Positions 17,401-26,677 are shown, counted from the first letter of the stretch. The stretch is DNA of 46,171 nt from Alphaproteobacteria bacterium (GCA_030428025.1 JAUIBJ010000001.1:1-46171), one strand, 5' to 3'. Notes: generated by a model from the letters alone, not told the origin. Translations and numbers: made by a program.

Positions 17401-18150
17401 AGCCGCGCGACCGCGCGCGGTGCGGTATTCGCGGAACCGCGTGATCCCGATCGCACCCCCCTTGATCAGGCCTGCGAATGCGCCCGATAGGGCGGTGGCT
17501 GTCAGGACATCGGCGATCGGGTTCGGTTCTGCCACGTTCAGCTCGCCGGCGACTTGCCGGCGCTGGTCGATCATGGTGATTTCGGTGGCGCCGCCGAGCG
17601 CGCCTTCGATCGCTACCGTTCCCAGAAGCCCGGCGCGGGCCGGCGCGCCCAGAAGAAGCGAGGCGAGTGATTTTTCCTCGGTCAGACTGGCCCAGCTGCG
17701 GCCAAGGAATTCCGCGCCCCAACTGCCCTCCGGGGCAGCGGACAGGATCGCGACCTGCTCATCGTACTCTGCCTGTCGCCGGGCATTTACGATCGCGTCG
17801 AATTCCTCCGGGGTGGTCGGAAAGGCGAATTCGCCGTCGCCCTCTGGGGCCTTCGTGATCTCCGGGTTGCGCGCCTTGGCCTGCTGCAGAACCGTGAAGA
17901 GCTCGCTGCGGCGGTGCGACGGCATTTCGTAGGCATCATAGGGCCGCATCATGCGGTCCTTCAGGTCCGGCGGCAGGACGCCGATCAGTTGATCGGCCAG
18001 CTCATCTTCGAAGTTCTTCTTCCGGTTCCAGCTGTCGTCCTCGATCCGCTGCATGACGCTGGCAGCGCCGAACCGCTCCCCGAAGCTCGGCGCGGGTGGC
18101 GCCTCGGTGGCGATATCCTCGCGGGTGTTCTCGGCCAGGAAAAAGGTCAT
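14425..18150 (-). CDS. Polyvalent internal virion protein: phage tail lysozyme, ddrB-like ParB and RelA/SpoT-like synthetase domains
   Basis: Lysozyme about 16820-17220 (VGNGMVESG..LGVWQW..FERPG). ddrB-ParB about 16250-16700 (LQPRDRSR..GAPVV..IESGNGR). Synthetase about 14890-15370 (LKDRATTERK, LTDVSRG, GYADRK, EVQIWT). Confidence 0.8.
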   Translation of the reverse strand: MTFFLAENTREDIATEAPPAPSFGERFGAASVMQRIEDDSWNRKKNFEDELADQLIGVLPPDLKDRMMRPYDAYEMPSHRRSELFTVLQQAKARNPEITKAPEGDGEFAFPTTPEEFDAIVNARRQAEYDEQVAILSAAPEGSWGAEFLGRSWASLTEEKSLASLLLGAPARAGLLGTVAIEGALGGATEITMIDQRRQVAGELNVAEPNPIADVLTATALSGAFAGLIKGGAIGITRFREYRTARGRAAAEATPDGVSPMRQEAAVEETRRRLEENLPPDASDQPVAAPGTLPRLADFNFGLTGNASPQTNRVGYIFGRLLEAEIEPHIAAAFVGNGMVESGPGLLPGAVGDGGNALGVWQWNGPRRRALQDFAAKRGKPATDLDTQIAFLLHELRTSEAGAWAKIRTARTAEEAAALISQHFERPGIPHLGRRVGHAKDVMAQYQGGRIPRWTGKTPPPSADAPRFSTSRGYTRSGQVTAGDTRIDVTYEVVDASLLKRATGELQPRDRSRAASDEQIAEIAAKLDPARLMPAPEADRGAPVVGPDNVIESGNGRVMAIQRAFERHPDRAEAYRAEIEAAGYEIPEGVKEPVLVARRTSELDQAGRQRFVREANNATVARMSPTERAAADGAAMSEATLGLYTPGARLGGPENRAFAQAALGGLPQAERAAMVDATGALNAEGIRRLQAALFARAWDAPDIVARFAEADAGELRGLMDALADAAPAWAGLKADIAAGTVRADMDISPFVLDAMRLIAAAREAAQAEGKSVAGMLEELIADVDLLDGAISPLTAALVRKFWRGSRAAPKDEIAAFLTRYADEARKVGTTEAGLFGEAPGPAEVLRALDGEAFADLPDELGRPTAAPTPIADPGNLAEDAFARGADSPEAIEADQAAIEDLRGAGQTAPDLSNVAPGDYVRTLAEAQPFDDIDTLYRLAAPAQERLTRAGDEIAAGLGVEFKDPGLKDRATTERKLARKQYDAPRRLTDVSRGGFVIISIDQAEAVADALAARFDIVDEGWVRQPTGYADRKIIVRHDDGMLSEVQIWTDAMYRAKQPGTALYEEWRKLPGGDPRKANLLRDQERLYSAAAGTDFDAAKLRADGTSSDPKFRSNSASKASRVETARDVNQTSPASTSDQGAPGSSLARANNSPSSRNSTAGRPSQLQNVSSFMGKNPLQDTPNMGAISDEVNAIRADLGDLTFRLDENGPEYTAAELLDDIEADEELAEVLNLCTAGRAAA
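14576..14623 (+). promoter_or_regulatory. Sigma70-like promoter and Shine-Dalgarno for the nested antisense ORF
   Basis: TTGACT (14576-14581), 17-bp spacer, CATGTT (14599-14604). GAGGA at 14619-14623 lies 9 nt before ATG 14633. Confidence 0.55.
14633..14893 (+). CDS. Nested antisense 86-aa protein, candidate antitoxin/immunity protein
   Basis: Own promoter-like and SD signals. Acidic, aromatic, globular-looking sequence, while the host frame over the same bases is a Ser-rich linker. Confidence 0.7.
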   Translation: MKLETFCSWDGRPAVLFREEGELFALAKLEPGAPWSEVDAGDVWFTSRAVSTREAFEAEFERNFGSLDVPSALSLAASKSVPAAAE

Positions 18151-20285
18151 GGCGCGAACTCCGACGGATTGACGATCGGGGCGCCCAAAACCTTGCGCGA
18201 CCGTTCGGCCGCATCGGTCAGGCGGGTCAGAGACAGGCGGAACTCGTCGCCGGTAACGGCATCGAGGGCGCGCACAAGCGTGTTGCCCTCCCGGCGGGCC
18301 AGCACATAGCTGTCATCGCCCACGGCGATGAATTGCAGATCCTGAAGATCCTCGGCCGTCAGATACTGACCGTTGATCACGGGCAGGTTGCCGCTCTCGG
18401 ACGCGGCCGCGATGGCGCCCGTGGCAGCGGTGTATCGCGGCTTTTCCTTGCCCCCCAGGACCGGCACGTCGCCGAGGGCATCGCCGAGGCTGTCCAGCGC
18501 GCGCTCGACGCGGGACTGCGACAGGCCCATCGGCATGAAGGTGGTATGGCCGTTGATGTCCTGGATCCCGCCGGTGGCATCCGACGATCCGAACGATCCG
18601 GTGCCGCCCATGGCCTCATGCGTTGCCTGGGCGTAGGCCTCGGCGTCGATCTCGCCGTCAGGGTCGAGCCCGTTGCGCGCGGCATAGAGCGCGTCGGCGG
18701 TCGCGAATAGCGTTTCCTTCGCCCGCACGCCAGTCTTGGGCAATTCGTCGAAGAGCCCGCCCACCGTCGAAAAGAACGGGGCCGCCCGGTCGCTCAGCGG
18801 CGGCATTACCACTGTCTTGCGGGCGATCTCCTCCTGGCCGCGCAGGATCTCGGTTGCGAGCGCGTCGTTGCCGCCGGCGCCGAGGAACCCCGCGACATGA
18901 ACAAAAGGCAGATCGGGCGCGAGGCCGGCCACCGCACCCGGCCCAAGCGTCGTGGCGAGGACGCGCGCGATGCGGGCCCGGTCGGCCGGGGCCGTGTTGC
19001 CCTTCGGGTCGATCATCGCCTTCAGGGCCGCCTGTTCGTCCAGCGACAGGTAGACCGGCCGCTCGGTATAGCCGCGCTTCGTAAGCCAGTTGCCGAACAC
19101 GGCGCGGGCGCCCAGACCCTCGACCATCGCGTCTGGTGACGACAGGTCCAGCGGGGGCACGGGCAGCTCAACCTTTGCCGAATAGGCGATCGGATCGCGG
19201 GCCAGTTCCGTCTTGGCCTCGGCCAGGCGGGCATCGACGGTGTCCTTGGCCTCGGTCTGCCATTTGCGCATGACCGTCTCGCCCGCCATCCGGTCGCTCA
19301 GCGCCTCGAGCTCGTCGGGCGTCATCTGGTCGATGAAAATCTTCTCATCGCGAAGCGCCACGGCGCCGCGCAGCTCGGCGACCAGCTCGGGATGTTCTTC
19401 CTGGGCGACGGGATCATCGACCAGGGCTTCGAGTGGCGAGACACGCCCTTTCCCGACGATGGCGATCGCCTCGTTCAGATTGCCCTTGATCTGCGCACTA
19501 ACCTGTCCCGCCTCGGCCTCGGCGGCCTTCTGCGCCTTTTCCTCGCGCGCGGCGATGGCGGTCTCGGCCTTTGCCGTCCAGCTCGCCACCTGTTGCGCAT
19601 CGAGGCCCGACCAGACCCCGGCCTCGAGCCCGTCGAGAACCGCATCGGGGTCCTCGGCGATCAGGTAAGTCAGGTTCGCGGTCTCGGATGCGGCGCGGAA
19701 GTCGCGCTTTTTCGCAGCACCCACCTCGGGGCTGAACACACCGCGATTGACCATGTCGTCAACCTGCGCGTCGTAATCGAGGTAAAGCTCGTCGCGCGTG
19801 TTCGGATCGGTCAGCGCGGCCTGCTGGCCGGCAACCTGCTCGTAATCGAGGAACGTGCCGACACGCTGGCTCTGCCGCAAGGCAAGCGCGGTCTGGCCGA
19901 TCGCGAAACCGTGCCGGTTCGCCAGGTCATCGAAACCGAGCCCCCAGGCTTCGGCGTTCTTCGGATCGACGATCGCGCGGCCGTTCTCGCGCTTGCCGGT
20001 CAGATAGCGGTCCTTCAGGCCGGCCACGCCCTGATCCCAGAACTGGCCCAGCTCGTCGGGGTCGCCGATCTCCTCGGCCTGCAGGCGCAGGTCGTTCAGA
20101 TCCTTCGTCATGTCGACCTGCAGCCGGCGCATTTCCCGATCGAGCCGGTCGGTTTCCAGACGGTCGCCGATCTGCGCCACCTGGTCCCCGAAGGCCTGGA
20201 TCACATTGCCGGTCTGCGGCTCCTCGAAAACCGGCCGCGCGGCGCGGCCCGCATCGGTTCCAGCCCTGGGGACGGTCAGCGTCAT
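18147..20285 (-). CDS. Internal virion (ejection) protein
   Basis: 712 aa, helical, between the small internal protein and the polyvalent protein; ATGA coupling. Confidence 0.65.
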   Translation of the reverse strand: MTLTVPRAGTDAGRAARPVFEEPQTGNVIQAFGDQVAQIGDRLETDRLDREMRRLQVDMTKDLNDLRLQAEEIGDPDELGQFWDQGVAGLKDRYLTGKRENGRAIVDPKNAEAWGLGFDDLANRHGFAIGQTALALRQSQRVGTFLDYEQVAGQQAALTDPNTRDELYLDYDAQVDDMVNRGVFSPEVGAAKKRDFRAASETANLTYLIAEDPDAVLDGLEAGVWSGLDAQQVASWTAKAETAIAAREEKAQKAAEAEAGQVSAQIKGNLNEAIAIVGKGRVSPLEALVDDPVAQEEHPELVAELRGAVALRDEKIFIDQMTPDELEALSDRMAGETVMRKWQTEAKDTVDARLAEAKTELARDPIAYSAKVELPVPPLDLSSPDAMVEGLGARAVFGNWLTKRGYTERPVYLSLDEQAALKAMIDPKGNTAPADRARIARVLATTLGPGAVAGLAPDLPFVHVAGFLGAGGNDALATEILRGQEEIARKTVVMPPLSDRAAPFFSTVGGLFDELPKTGVRAKETLFATADALYAARNGLDPDGEIDAEAYAQATHEAMGGTGSFGSSDATGGIQDINGHTTFMPMGLSQSRVERALDSLGDALGDVPVLGGKEKPRYTAATGAIAAASESGNLPVINGQYLTAEDLQDLQFIAVGDDSYVLARREGNTLVRALDAVTGDEFRLSLTRLTDAAERSRKVLGAPIVNPSEFAP

Positions 20286-20833
20286 GCGGCCAGCTCCGGC
20301 CAGAGATCCGGGGCCTCGTTCAGAAGCGTCGACGCGGCCGAGAAGGTGCCCTTCAGAAGCGACGTTCTGGCGCGCGTCAGCGCGATCTTCTGGGTGCCAC
20401 TCAGCTCGCGCTGGGTCGCGTCACCCTTGGAGCGGACCGACTGGCTGGCAAAGCTCAGCTCCTGCGCGGCCGACTGGCCGAGCGCGATCACCGTCGGGCT
20501 GTCGAGGCTGACGCCGCGCTTGGCCAGCTCGGCGAATTGCCGCCGCATGGCCGTGCGGAACTGTGCCCTGGTGCGCGCATCCTCGGTCGCGGTCAGGCGG
20601 GCTTCCGTCGCCTTCTGCTCCTCGATCTGGCGGGCATATTCCCGGTTCGCCTTCGCGCTGGCGTTCGCCTGGTAGAGGGCACCGCCGACGGAGACCAGCG
20701 TGCCGAGGGTCGAAAGCGTGCTGCCGATCGTCGCGGCCCCGGCCGTCGCCCCGGCGGCGGTCGCCCCGGCGGCGGCCGTGCCGCCGATGCCAAGGGCCGA
20801 TCCGATCGCTGCACCAATGCCAAAATCGCACAT
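20282..20833 (-). CDS. Small internal virion protein (T7 gp14-like)
   Basis: MCD start, Gly/Ala-rich hydrophobic N-terminus followed by a coiled-coil, GVSLDS motif. Follows tail tubular B. Confidence 0.7.
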   Translation of the reverse strand: MCDFGIGAAIGSALGIGGTAAAGATAAGATAGAATIGSTLSTLGTLVSVGGALYQANASAKANREYARQIEEQKATEARLTATEDARTRAQFRTAMRRQFAELAKRGVSLDSPTVIALGQSAAQELSFASQSVRSKGDATQRELSGTQKIALTRARTSLLKGTFSAASTLLNEAPDLWPELAA

Positions 20834-23064
20834 TAGAGGCCGGCCTCCGTGATTGCGGGCACAAGGCCGGTGATGGTCATGGGCGCGCCGGAAACCGGCG
20901 TGAATTCCAGCGCCACCTCGTCGGCATGGCCGGATCCGAACTGCGGCTTTGCAATCCCGGAATAGGCCACGGTCAGATCCTCGGCGACGGCGCGCGGGAT
21001 CAGGTCATAGGGGCGGCCGACGCTTTCGCGTGCCGGGAAATCCTTCTCGACCACGGCGACCTTGCCCGCTGCGGTACGATGCACGCCGATGCCGGTCGGC
21101 ATGCTCAGCCGCTTCACCCGGCCCATCGGATTGCCGTCGGGCGCGGCGGCCTGGACATCCAGCGTGCGGGCCCGGTGGGTGGCGTCGAAAAGCCCGATCA
21201 CGGCATGACCTACATCGTTCGGCAGGACCACGTCGCCATTGCCCGCAACGACCAGCCCGTCGAAGTCGCCCGTATCGGTCCAGGCTTCGACAGTTTCGCC
21301 CGCCAGGTGCGGCACGCTGAACGTGTCGGTCGGGGTTGCGGGCGCGAAGACCGACGACGCGAAGAAGTGAACGGCGGTGGAAATCGGCTCATTGCCGGTC
21401 AGCAGGCCATAGGTCACGGCCTGCTCTTCCACCATGCGGACGGTCTGCCCGCCGATCGTGCGGGCCACGACCATGGTCAGCACGTCGTAACTGCCCGCCG
21501 CATCGGCCGTGACGGCGGTCGTTTCGACGAAACCGCCAGCCAGCGAATACGGCGCCCAGCCCAGGACCTCTTCGCTCGGGTCATGGATCATTGCCGCCAG
21601 CTCGCCATTGCCGCACCGCGCCCAGGCGATCCGCTGGGGCGCGGCCGCCCAGGCCAGCTCCTCAAACCCATCCGCGCCCAGGTGGTCGGATGGCAGGGAC
21701 AACTCGCGCGGGCGGTTGGCGTCGAGCTCGAAATTGTACTTGATCTCGATCACGCGGCGGCCGTCGCGGCTGACGAAGATCGGCCAGCCGTCGGGCGCGA
21801 TGGGCCGCACGTCGGCCCGCGACCCGATTGCACTGTCGAACTGGAACACCGTCGTGGTCGGGCCGATCGCGGCATTGCCGTCGGCGGATTTCGTCGAATA
21901 CTCTTCGCCGAGCGCACCGATATGCAGGCCGGACCGGCCGCGCAGAAGCCAGATGATCCGGTTGACGCTGGACCCGCCGTCGATGGCATAGGCAAAGGCG
22001 CTGTCGGCCTCGAGGCCCGGCTCGAAGTTTTCAAACGCGCCGATGGTCGAAAACCAGACGGTGCGGGGATCTGCGGGCGAGGCCGCCGCGACCAGGCGCT
22101 GATCGTAGATCTCGATCGCGCTCGGATAGCCATGCACGTCGGACCAGGCCCCCTCTTCGAAGCGATAGGTCGGATCATCGACGACGCCTTGCGGCAGCCG
22201 CTTGATCACGGTCGCGGTCGCCGTGGTCGCGTTCGTGACGGCCGTGATCTTCAGGATGCCGGTGCCATCATCACGGTAGCGCCACTTGATGTTCGGCGTT
22301 TTCTGCACCCGCTCGACGCCACGGTCGTGGGTCGGCGGGTTGACGCCGGTATCGCTGCCCTGTGTCAGCTCGTAGGTCTTGCCGTCATAGCGCATCTTGT
22401 CGCCGACAGAGACGGCGGTGTTCCCGGTCCAGAGCGGCACGTCGGAATTGTCCTCGGGGCTCAACCGCATCAGGCTGCCGACATGGGACGCGGTGAAGAA
22501 CGCCGAGCTCGCGGTCAGCGTGATCGTGCCGGTCGGGCTGCTGGCCTGCATGGTCAGGGCGGTATCGAGGTTCTGCACCCGGAACGGGCCCCGGTCGAAA
22601 CTCGCATCAGCGATGGTCCAGTTGTCGAGCGCGAAGCGGCTCAGCTTCTGAACCGGCTGCAGCCCGTCGGCAAAGTAGATCACGTCGGCCGACTGGACCC
22701 AGTGCAGCTTCGCGATCGAGGCATCGTCATAGGGCGTGTCGAGCTCGTATGGCGTGCCCGGGCTGCCGCTGTCCTCGACCAGCGCACCATAGCGCCAGAC
22801 GCGCATCTTGCCGTCGGTGAATTCCAGCACGACGCTGTCATTGGCCGCGAACTGGAAGTCAATCAGGCGCGCCGGCAGGTTGTTCCGGGTGGTGCCGCGA
22901 TAGATGGTCCCGGGCGCCCGGGTGAAGCCGCCCTGGCGCAGGGGCAGGAAGCCACGGCAGGCGGCAAGGCCGGTCTGGAACCGCTGGTAATCCGGCCGGC
23001 GCCAGAGAAGGGGCGAGATCTCGCCCGAAGAGAATGCGAACTGGGCCGGGCTCGTGCGCGTCAC
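20833..23064 (-). CDS. Tail tubular protein B / nozzle (T7 gp12-like)
   Basis: FSSGEISP..R N-terminus, GGFTRAPG, GYPSAIEIYDQRL; size and position fit. Confidence 0.85.
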   Translation of the reverse strand: MTRTSPAQFAFSSGEISPLLWRRPDYQRFQTGLAACRGFLPLRQGGFTRAPGTIYRGTTRNNLPARLIDFQFAANDSVVLEFTDGKMRVWRYGALVEDSGSPGTPYELDTPYDDASIAKLHWVQSADVIYFADGLQPVQKLSRFALDNWTIADASFDRGPFRVQNLDTALTMQASSPTGTITLTASSAFFTASHVGSLMRLSPEDNSDVPLWTGNTAVSVGDKMRYDGKTYELTQGSDTGVNPPTHDRGVERVQKTPNIKWRYRDDGTGILKITAVTNATTATATVIKRLPQGVVDDPTYRFEEGAWSDVHGYPSAIEIYDQRLVAAASPADPRTVWFSTIGAFENFEPGLEADSAFAYAIDGGSSVNRIIWLLRGRSGLHIGALGEEYSTKSADGNAAIGPTTTVFQFDSAIGSRADVRPIAPDGWPIFVSRDGRRVIEIKYNFELDANRPRELSLPSDHLGADGFEELAWAAAPQRIAWARCGNGELAAMIHDPSEEVLGWAPYSLAGGFVETTAVTADAAGSYDVLTMVVARTIGGQTVRMVEEQAVTYGLLTGNEPISTAVHFFASSVFAPATPTDTFSVPHLAGETVEAWTDTGDFDGLVVAGNGDVVLPNDVGHAVIGLFDATHRARTLDVQAAAPDGNPMGRVKRLSMPTGIGVHRTAAGKVAVVEKDFPARESVGRPYDLIPRAVAEDLTVAYSGIAKPQFGSGHADEVALEFTPVSGAPMTITGLVPAITEAGL

Positions 23065-23660
23065 CGGATCACCTCCGTCGCCCAGTCGCCCTCGTCCGGC
23101 AGCCCGTCATAGCGTGCAGGGCTCGCCTGGTTGCGGTCCCGCGCCATGGCCTGTTTCAGGTACTGGCTGGCATTGGCCTGCAGGTCGGCAATCTTGGTCC
23201 GGGTCGATATCCAGCGCGGCGCGAGAAGCGCGGCCAGCTGATAGGCAACGGCCGTCTTGAAGGTCGCGGGCAACTGGCTTTCGTCGGTGATCTGGCCGGT
23301 GTAGCGGATCCGCAAGGGACCGGCCGAGGCCGCGCGCAACAGATCGCGATCACGGCGCCAGGACTTGCCGGGCCGATCGACCTCCTGCACGGTGACGCAT
23401 TCCGCCGGCAGGCGGTAGCTGTAGGGCATGTCCGCATCGGCCGCGATCGTGTCGGGCAGGCTGGTCGCCTCTGGCAGCGATGCCAGGACCGAGGCAAAGG
23501 ACCAGTCGCAGGCCTCGAGGCAGATCGCCATCGCCTCGGGATATTGCGCGGCGGCGGCCTCGGCCTCTTCGCTGTCGTCAGCGAAAGAACTGATCGGGGA
23601 TTTCTCCATCAGCCGGAAGGCCTGGGCGACGATGGTCGATGTGGCGATCGGGTCGGGCAT
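23061..23660 (-). CDS. Tail tubular protein A / adaptor (T7 gp11-like)
   Basis: WSFA, YSYRLPAEC and F..AVAYQLA motifs; 199 aa; lies upstream of the nozzle gene. Confidence 0.8.
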   Translation of the reverse strand: MPDPIATSTIVAQAFRLMEKSPISSFADDSEEAEAAAAQYPEAMAICLEACDWSFASVLASLPEATSLPDTIAADADMPYSYRLPAECVTVQEVDRPGKSWRRDRDLLRAASAGPLRIRYTGQITDESQLPATFKTAVAYQLAALLAPRWISTRTKIADLQANASQYLKQAMARDRNQASPARYDGLPDEGDWATEVIR

Positions 23661-23692
23661 CGGATTGCATCACGTCCGGCTGGGTGCGGTAT

Positions 23693-23720
23693 GGCCGGGG
23701 CGGTTGCACCCGCCCCGGCC
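23693..23720 (-). terminator. GC-rich hairpin after the capsid-associated gene (no U-tract)
   Basis: GGCCGGGGCGG-ttgcac-CCGCCCCGGCC, an 11-bp perfect stem. Confidence 0.4.
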
Positions 23721-23737
23721 CGGGTCGATCGGTCCGG

Positions 23738-24205
23738 TCAGGACCAGGCGGTCAGGTAGACGAACTGGAAGTGCAGCGTTCCGGCACCGGCCGCCGCCGC
23801 TGCGTCGCCATGGGCATAGATCTCGATCATGCCGCGCGGATCTTCGGCAAGGCCGAGCACTTCCCAGAGCTGCTTGCCGTCGTTCGCCGATGCGAAGGCG
23901 ACGAGCGTTGCCGGATTGGTCGCGGCTTTGGCGGCATCCAGAAGAGCGGTCGGGTCGGCTTTGGTGCCGATCTCGACCTGGGCAAAACCCCAGCCGTTGC
24001 CGTTGATCTTCGTCAGCTCGGTCAGGACGCAGTTCGACGGCAGTTTTGCCAGAAGGTAGGTGCTGCCCTGGCTGTCGGTGGCGGCACAGGCAACAGAGCC
24101 CTTCGTCCAGATCGGGCGGCCCTTGTCGACCTGCGGGTCGGGGCTAACCTTGGCCGGATCGAGGTAGTCGGGGATGACAGTGGATTTGAGATGCACAACG
24201 GCCAT
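23738..24205 (-). CDS. Capsid cement/decoration-like protein (Bbp16-like position)
   Basis: 155 aa, beta-rich, GAGGAGG SD, immediately after the capsid gene. Confidence 0.6.
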   Translation of the reverse strand: MAVVHLKSTVIPDYLDPAKVSPDPQVDKGRPIWTKGSVACAATDSQGSTYLLAKLPSNCVLTELTKINGNGWGFAQVEIGTKADPTALLDAAKAATNPATLVAFASANDGKQLWEVLGLAEDPRGMIEIYAHGDAAAAAGAGTLHFQFVYLTAWS

Positions 24206-24224
24206 TTCAGGGCCTCCTCATTCG

Positions 24225-24260
24225 GGAAAGGGAAAGGCGGCGGCCGGGTCGCCCCGGCCG
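24225..24260 (-). terminator. Hairpin after the major capsid gene
   Basis: Minus strand CGGCCGGG-GCGA-CCCGGCCG (GNRA loop) followed by GCCTTTCCCTTT. Confidence 0.5.
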
Positions 24261-24265
24261 TCAGA

Positions 24266-25198
24266 TCAGGTTTCCTTGCACTCGATCACGCGCACGCCGT
24301 CGTCCTCGACCCGGACGGCATCGGCGTAGACGTCGAAGTACATATAGGGCAGTTTCTTGGCGCTGGTGTCGTTCCAGATGTCGCCCTTGATGTCCTGCCA
24401 CATGCCGACAAGGATGTTCTTCTTCGACCAGAACGGGCAGAGCCGGTTGCCATTGGCATCGAGCGGCAGGCGGTTCGTCATCAGCCAGGTGATACCCATG
24501 AGGCGGGTGGCCTTGCCCTCGCGCAGCTGCTCGAGCGAGAAGAGGTTGAGTGCCGTCTTGGTCTGCTCTGCGATGCCGAGGAGATCGTCTTCCTGGTCGG
24601 GCGTGATCAGGCCGAAGAGCGGATCATCGTCCTCGAGGCCGAAATCCTTCTTCTTCAGCGCCTTTTTCATCGCGCGGATCTTGTCGAGCGTCAGGCCAGC
24701 ATTGGCGTGGGGCACGTAGTTGCCCGCCGGCAGCGCCTTCGTGGTCTTGGTCTTGTTGCCCTCGGTCGCAATGCCGAGAATGCCTGAGCCAGCAACCGCA
24801 AAGCCGCCCGCATCGTCTTCCTCGATGCCGATGATGATATCGGCCACGGCGCGCTCCATCGCGACCATGTTGTTGCGGAAAAGGTGGCTGGTCGGGTCCA
24901 TCGCCAGGTCGAACATATCGGCCTTGTCGATGTATTCGCCGATATCGGTCGCCTCGGGCCGGATGAGCCAGCGCCCGGACCGGCCGGTCGGGATATCCGG
25001 GTTGCGGCGTTCACGGTCCGGCACGCCCCGGCGGGCCTTCTTCTTGCCGAGAAGATCGGCTGCGCGCACCGCCTGGCCGGATGCCGGCATGATGGTGACG
25101 GCGTTGCGGATCGGGTTCTGGATCTGCTGAGCGACCATCTGGACGTTGCCACGGAACGTCTCTACGTGATGCGGCTCAACGGTAAGTTCGAACGACAT
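24266..25198 (-). CDS. Major capsid protein
   Basis: 310 aa, GGAGGG SD, follows the scaffold. ITPDQEDDLL, LMGITW..NRLP and AVRVED..V motifs resemble BPP-1-like capsid proteins. Confidence 0.85.
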   Translation of the reverse strand: MSFELTVEPHHVETFRGNVQMVAQQIQNPIRNAVTIMPASGQAVRAADLLGKKKARRGVPDRERRNPDIPTGRSGRWLIRPEATDIGEYIDKADMFDLAMDPTSHLFRNNMVAMERAVADIIIGIEEDDAGGFAVAGSGILGIATEGNKTKTTKALPAGNYVPHANAGLTLDKIRAMKKALKKKDFGLEDDDPLFGLITPDQEDDLLGIAEQTKTALNLFSLEQLREGKATRLMGITWLMTNRLPLDANGNRLCPFWSKKNILVGMWQDIKGDIWNDTSAKKLPYMYFDVYADAVRVEDDGVRVIECKET

Positions 25199-25384
25199 GG
25201 GTCGCCCCTCCATTGAAAACTGACGAAATTGGTGAGTTCTCGGAAGGGGTGCCCGGATGCCCGGACCGTTCCTGGCGGTAACGCCCGCTTGGGCGGCAGC
25301 TCATGTTCCTGCAGTCAACCGGACCGGCGAAGCCGGGTGCCCGATGGCCTATAGGGAAGGCACAGAAGTCGCATTTTGTAAAGG

Positions 25385-25432
25385 GGAAAAACGACATCTG
25401 CCCCGGAAACCGATTCCCGGGGCAGATGTTGT
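25385..25432 (-). terminator. Rho-independent terminator upstream of the capsid leader
   Basis: 16-bp inverted repeat (25391-25406 / 25417-25432, one mismatch) followed by a T-run on the minus strand. Confidence 0.65.
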
Positions 25433-25433
25433 G

Positions 25434-25670
25434 TCAATCGGAAATGGCCTCAATGAGAAAACCCTCCATGTCCGACCTGACAGTCAATGGCATGCCTAGC
25501 AAAGGCCCGTCCCATTCGCGATCGTCCAACCCCGCGCCGGAATTGTACATGGATCTCATGACCGCTTTTAGGGTAGCCTCGCCGATCGCGATCTTCAGAT
25601 GTTCATGCCCGCGCATCATCATCTGTGCGCGGGCATCGGCGATCATGCCGACCAGGTCGCGGCGGCTCAT
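25434..25670 (-). CDS. Hypothetical protein
   Basis: 78 aa, overlaps the scaffold stop (GTGA). Confidence 0.55.
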   Translation of the reverse strand: MSRRDLVGMIADARAQMMMRGHEHLKIAIGEATLKAVMRSMYNSGAGLDDREWDGPLLGMPLTVRSDMEGFLIEAISD

Positions 25671-26677
25671 TCACGCGCCCCGGATGCAATCCGGTCAAGC
25701 CGGTCCATGATCGGCTTCAGGCGGGCGATCTCGCGCTGATCGCCCGCTCTGGTGGCCTTGTCGTAAGCGCCGCCAGGCGCGCGCATCGCGGCCGCCTCGG
25801 CCCGCGCCTCGGCCGGGGTCTGTCCCCGGGTGACGCCTCCCCCGACCAGCTTGTCCTCGGCGACCAGGTCGCCGAGCTTGGCGAAGAATTTCAGCGCGGC
25901 GGCATCGCCCCCAGCCTTCTCGGTCAGGACCTGCGTGACGGCCGCGATGCCGGCCTGATCCAGTCCCGCCGCTTCGCCCACAACCTGCGCGGCCTGTTTC
26001 GCCTGGGCGATCATCGCCTGCTTCTGGGCGCCCCATTCCTTGTCGAGCGCGGCCATCATGGTCGCGTTCGCCTGGTCGATCGTCGCTTGCGCCGCTTGCT
26101 CCTGCTCGGCCGCCATCGCGATCTGCAGATCGACGACGCCTTTCAGCTGATCCTTGTTCAGCCCCAGATCGAAGGCCGCCTGCTTCGCCTTGGCCTCGAA
26201 ATCGGCGCTCCACTCGACCCCGGCGGGCAGCTCTTTCGGCCGCTCGATGACGATATCCTCGACCTTCTCCGGCAGGCCGAAGATGTCCTTCTGGCCGCGC
26301 ATCCAGTCGGTCAGCTTCTGATCCTTGGCCGGTCGATCGAGAATGTTCTCGACGCCCCGGCCGAGCCGCATTTCCGCGTTGCGATGGCCCTTGACCAGCT
26401 TGTCGATTACGGTGTCGATGTTTTCGTCCTGCAGCCCGCGCGAGGCCAGCCAGGTCTGTTCATCGGTGCTGAACCGGCCGTCCTTTTCCCACCACTTGCC
26501 TGCACCCTTCGGCGGTTCTGCGGGCGGATCACCAGCGGGCGGCGTCGCCGGCGGTGTCGCCGGTGGCGTGGCAGGGGGCGGGTCACCAGCCGGCGGGGTC
26601 GCCGGCGGGTCGCCTGCCGGATCGTCCGCCGGGGCGAATGCCACGCGCGCGGGGCGCCAAAGGTTCGTGAATGTCAT
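25667..26677 (-). CDS. Capsid assembly scaffolding protein
   Basis: Pro-rich N-terminus (PPAGD/PPAT repeats), LDKEWG, FFAKLG..AED; lies between portal and capsid. Confidence 0.85.
   Translation of the reverse strand: MTFTNLWRPARVAFAPADDPAGDPPATPPAGDPPPATPPATPPATPPAGDPPAEPPKGAGKWWEKDGRFSTDEQTWLASRGLQDENIDTVIDKLVKGHRNAEMRLGRGVENILDRPAKDQKLTDWMRGQKDIFGLPEKVEDIVIERPKELPAGVEWSADFEAKAKQAAFDLGLNKDQLKGVVDLQIAMAAEQEQAAQATIDQANATMMAALDKEWGAQKQAMIAQAKQAAQVVGEAAGLDQAGIAAVTQVLTEKAGGDAAALKFFAKLGDLVAEDKLVGGGVTRGQTPAEARAEAAAMRAPGGAYDKATRAGDQREIARLKPIMDRLDRIASGARE

Noticed and set aside
26521-26635. Repeats encoding PPAGD/PPAT, also at about 8600-8670
   Set aside because: Coding low-complexity linkers in the scaffold and spike proteins.
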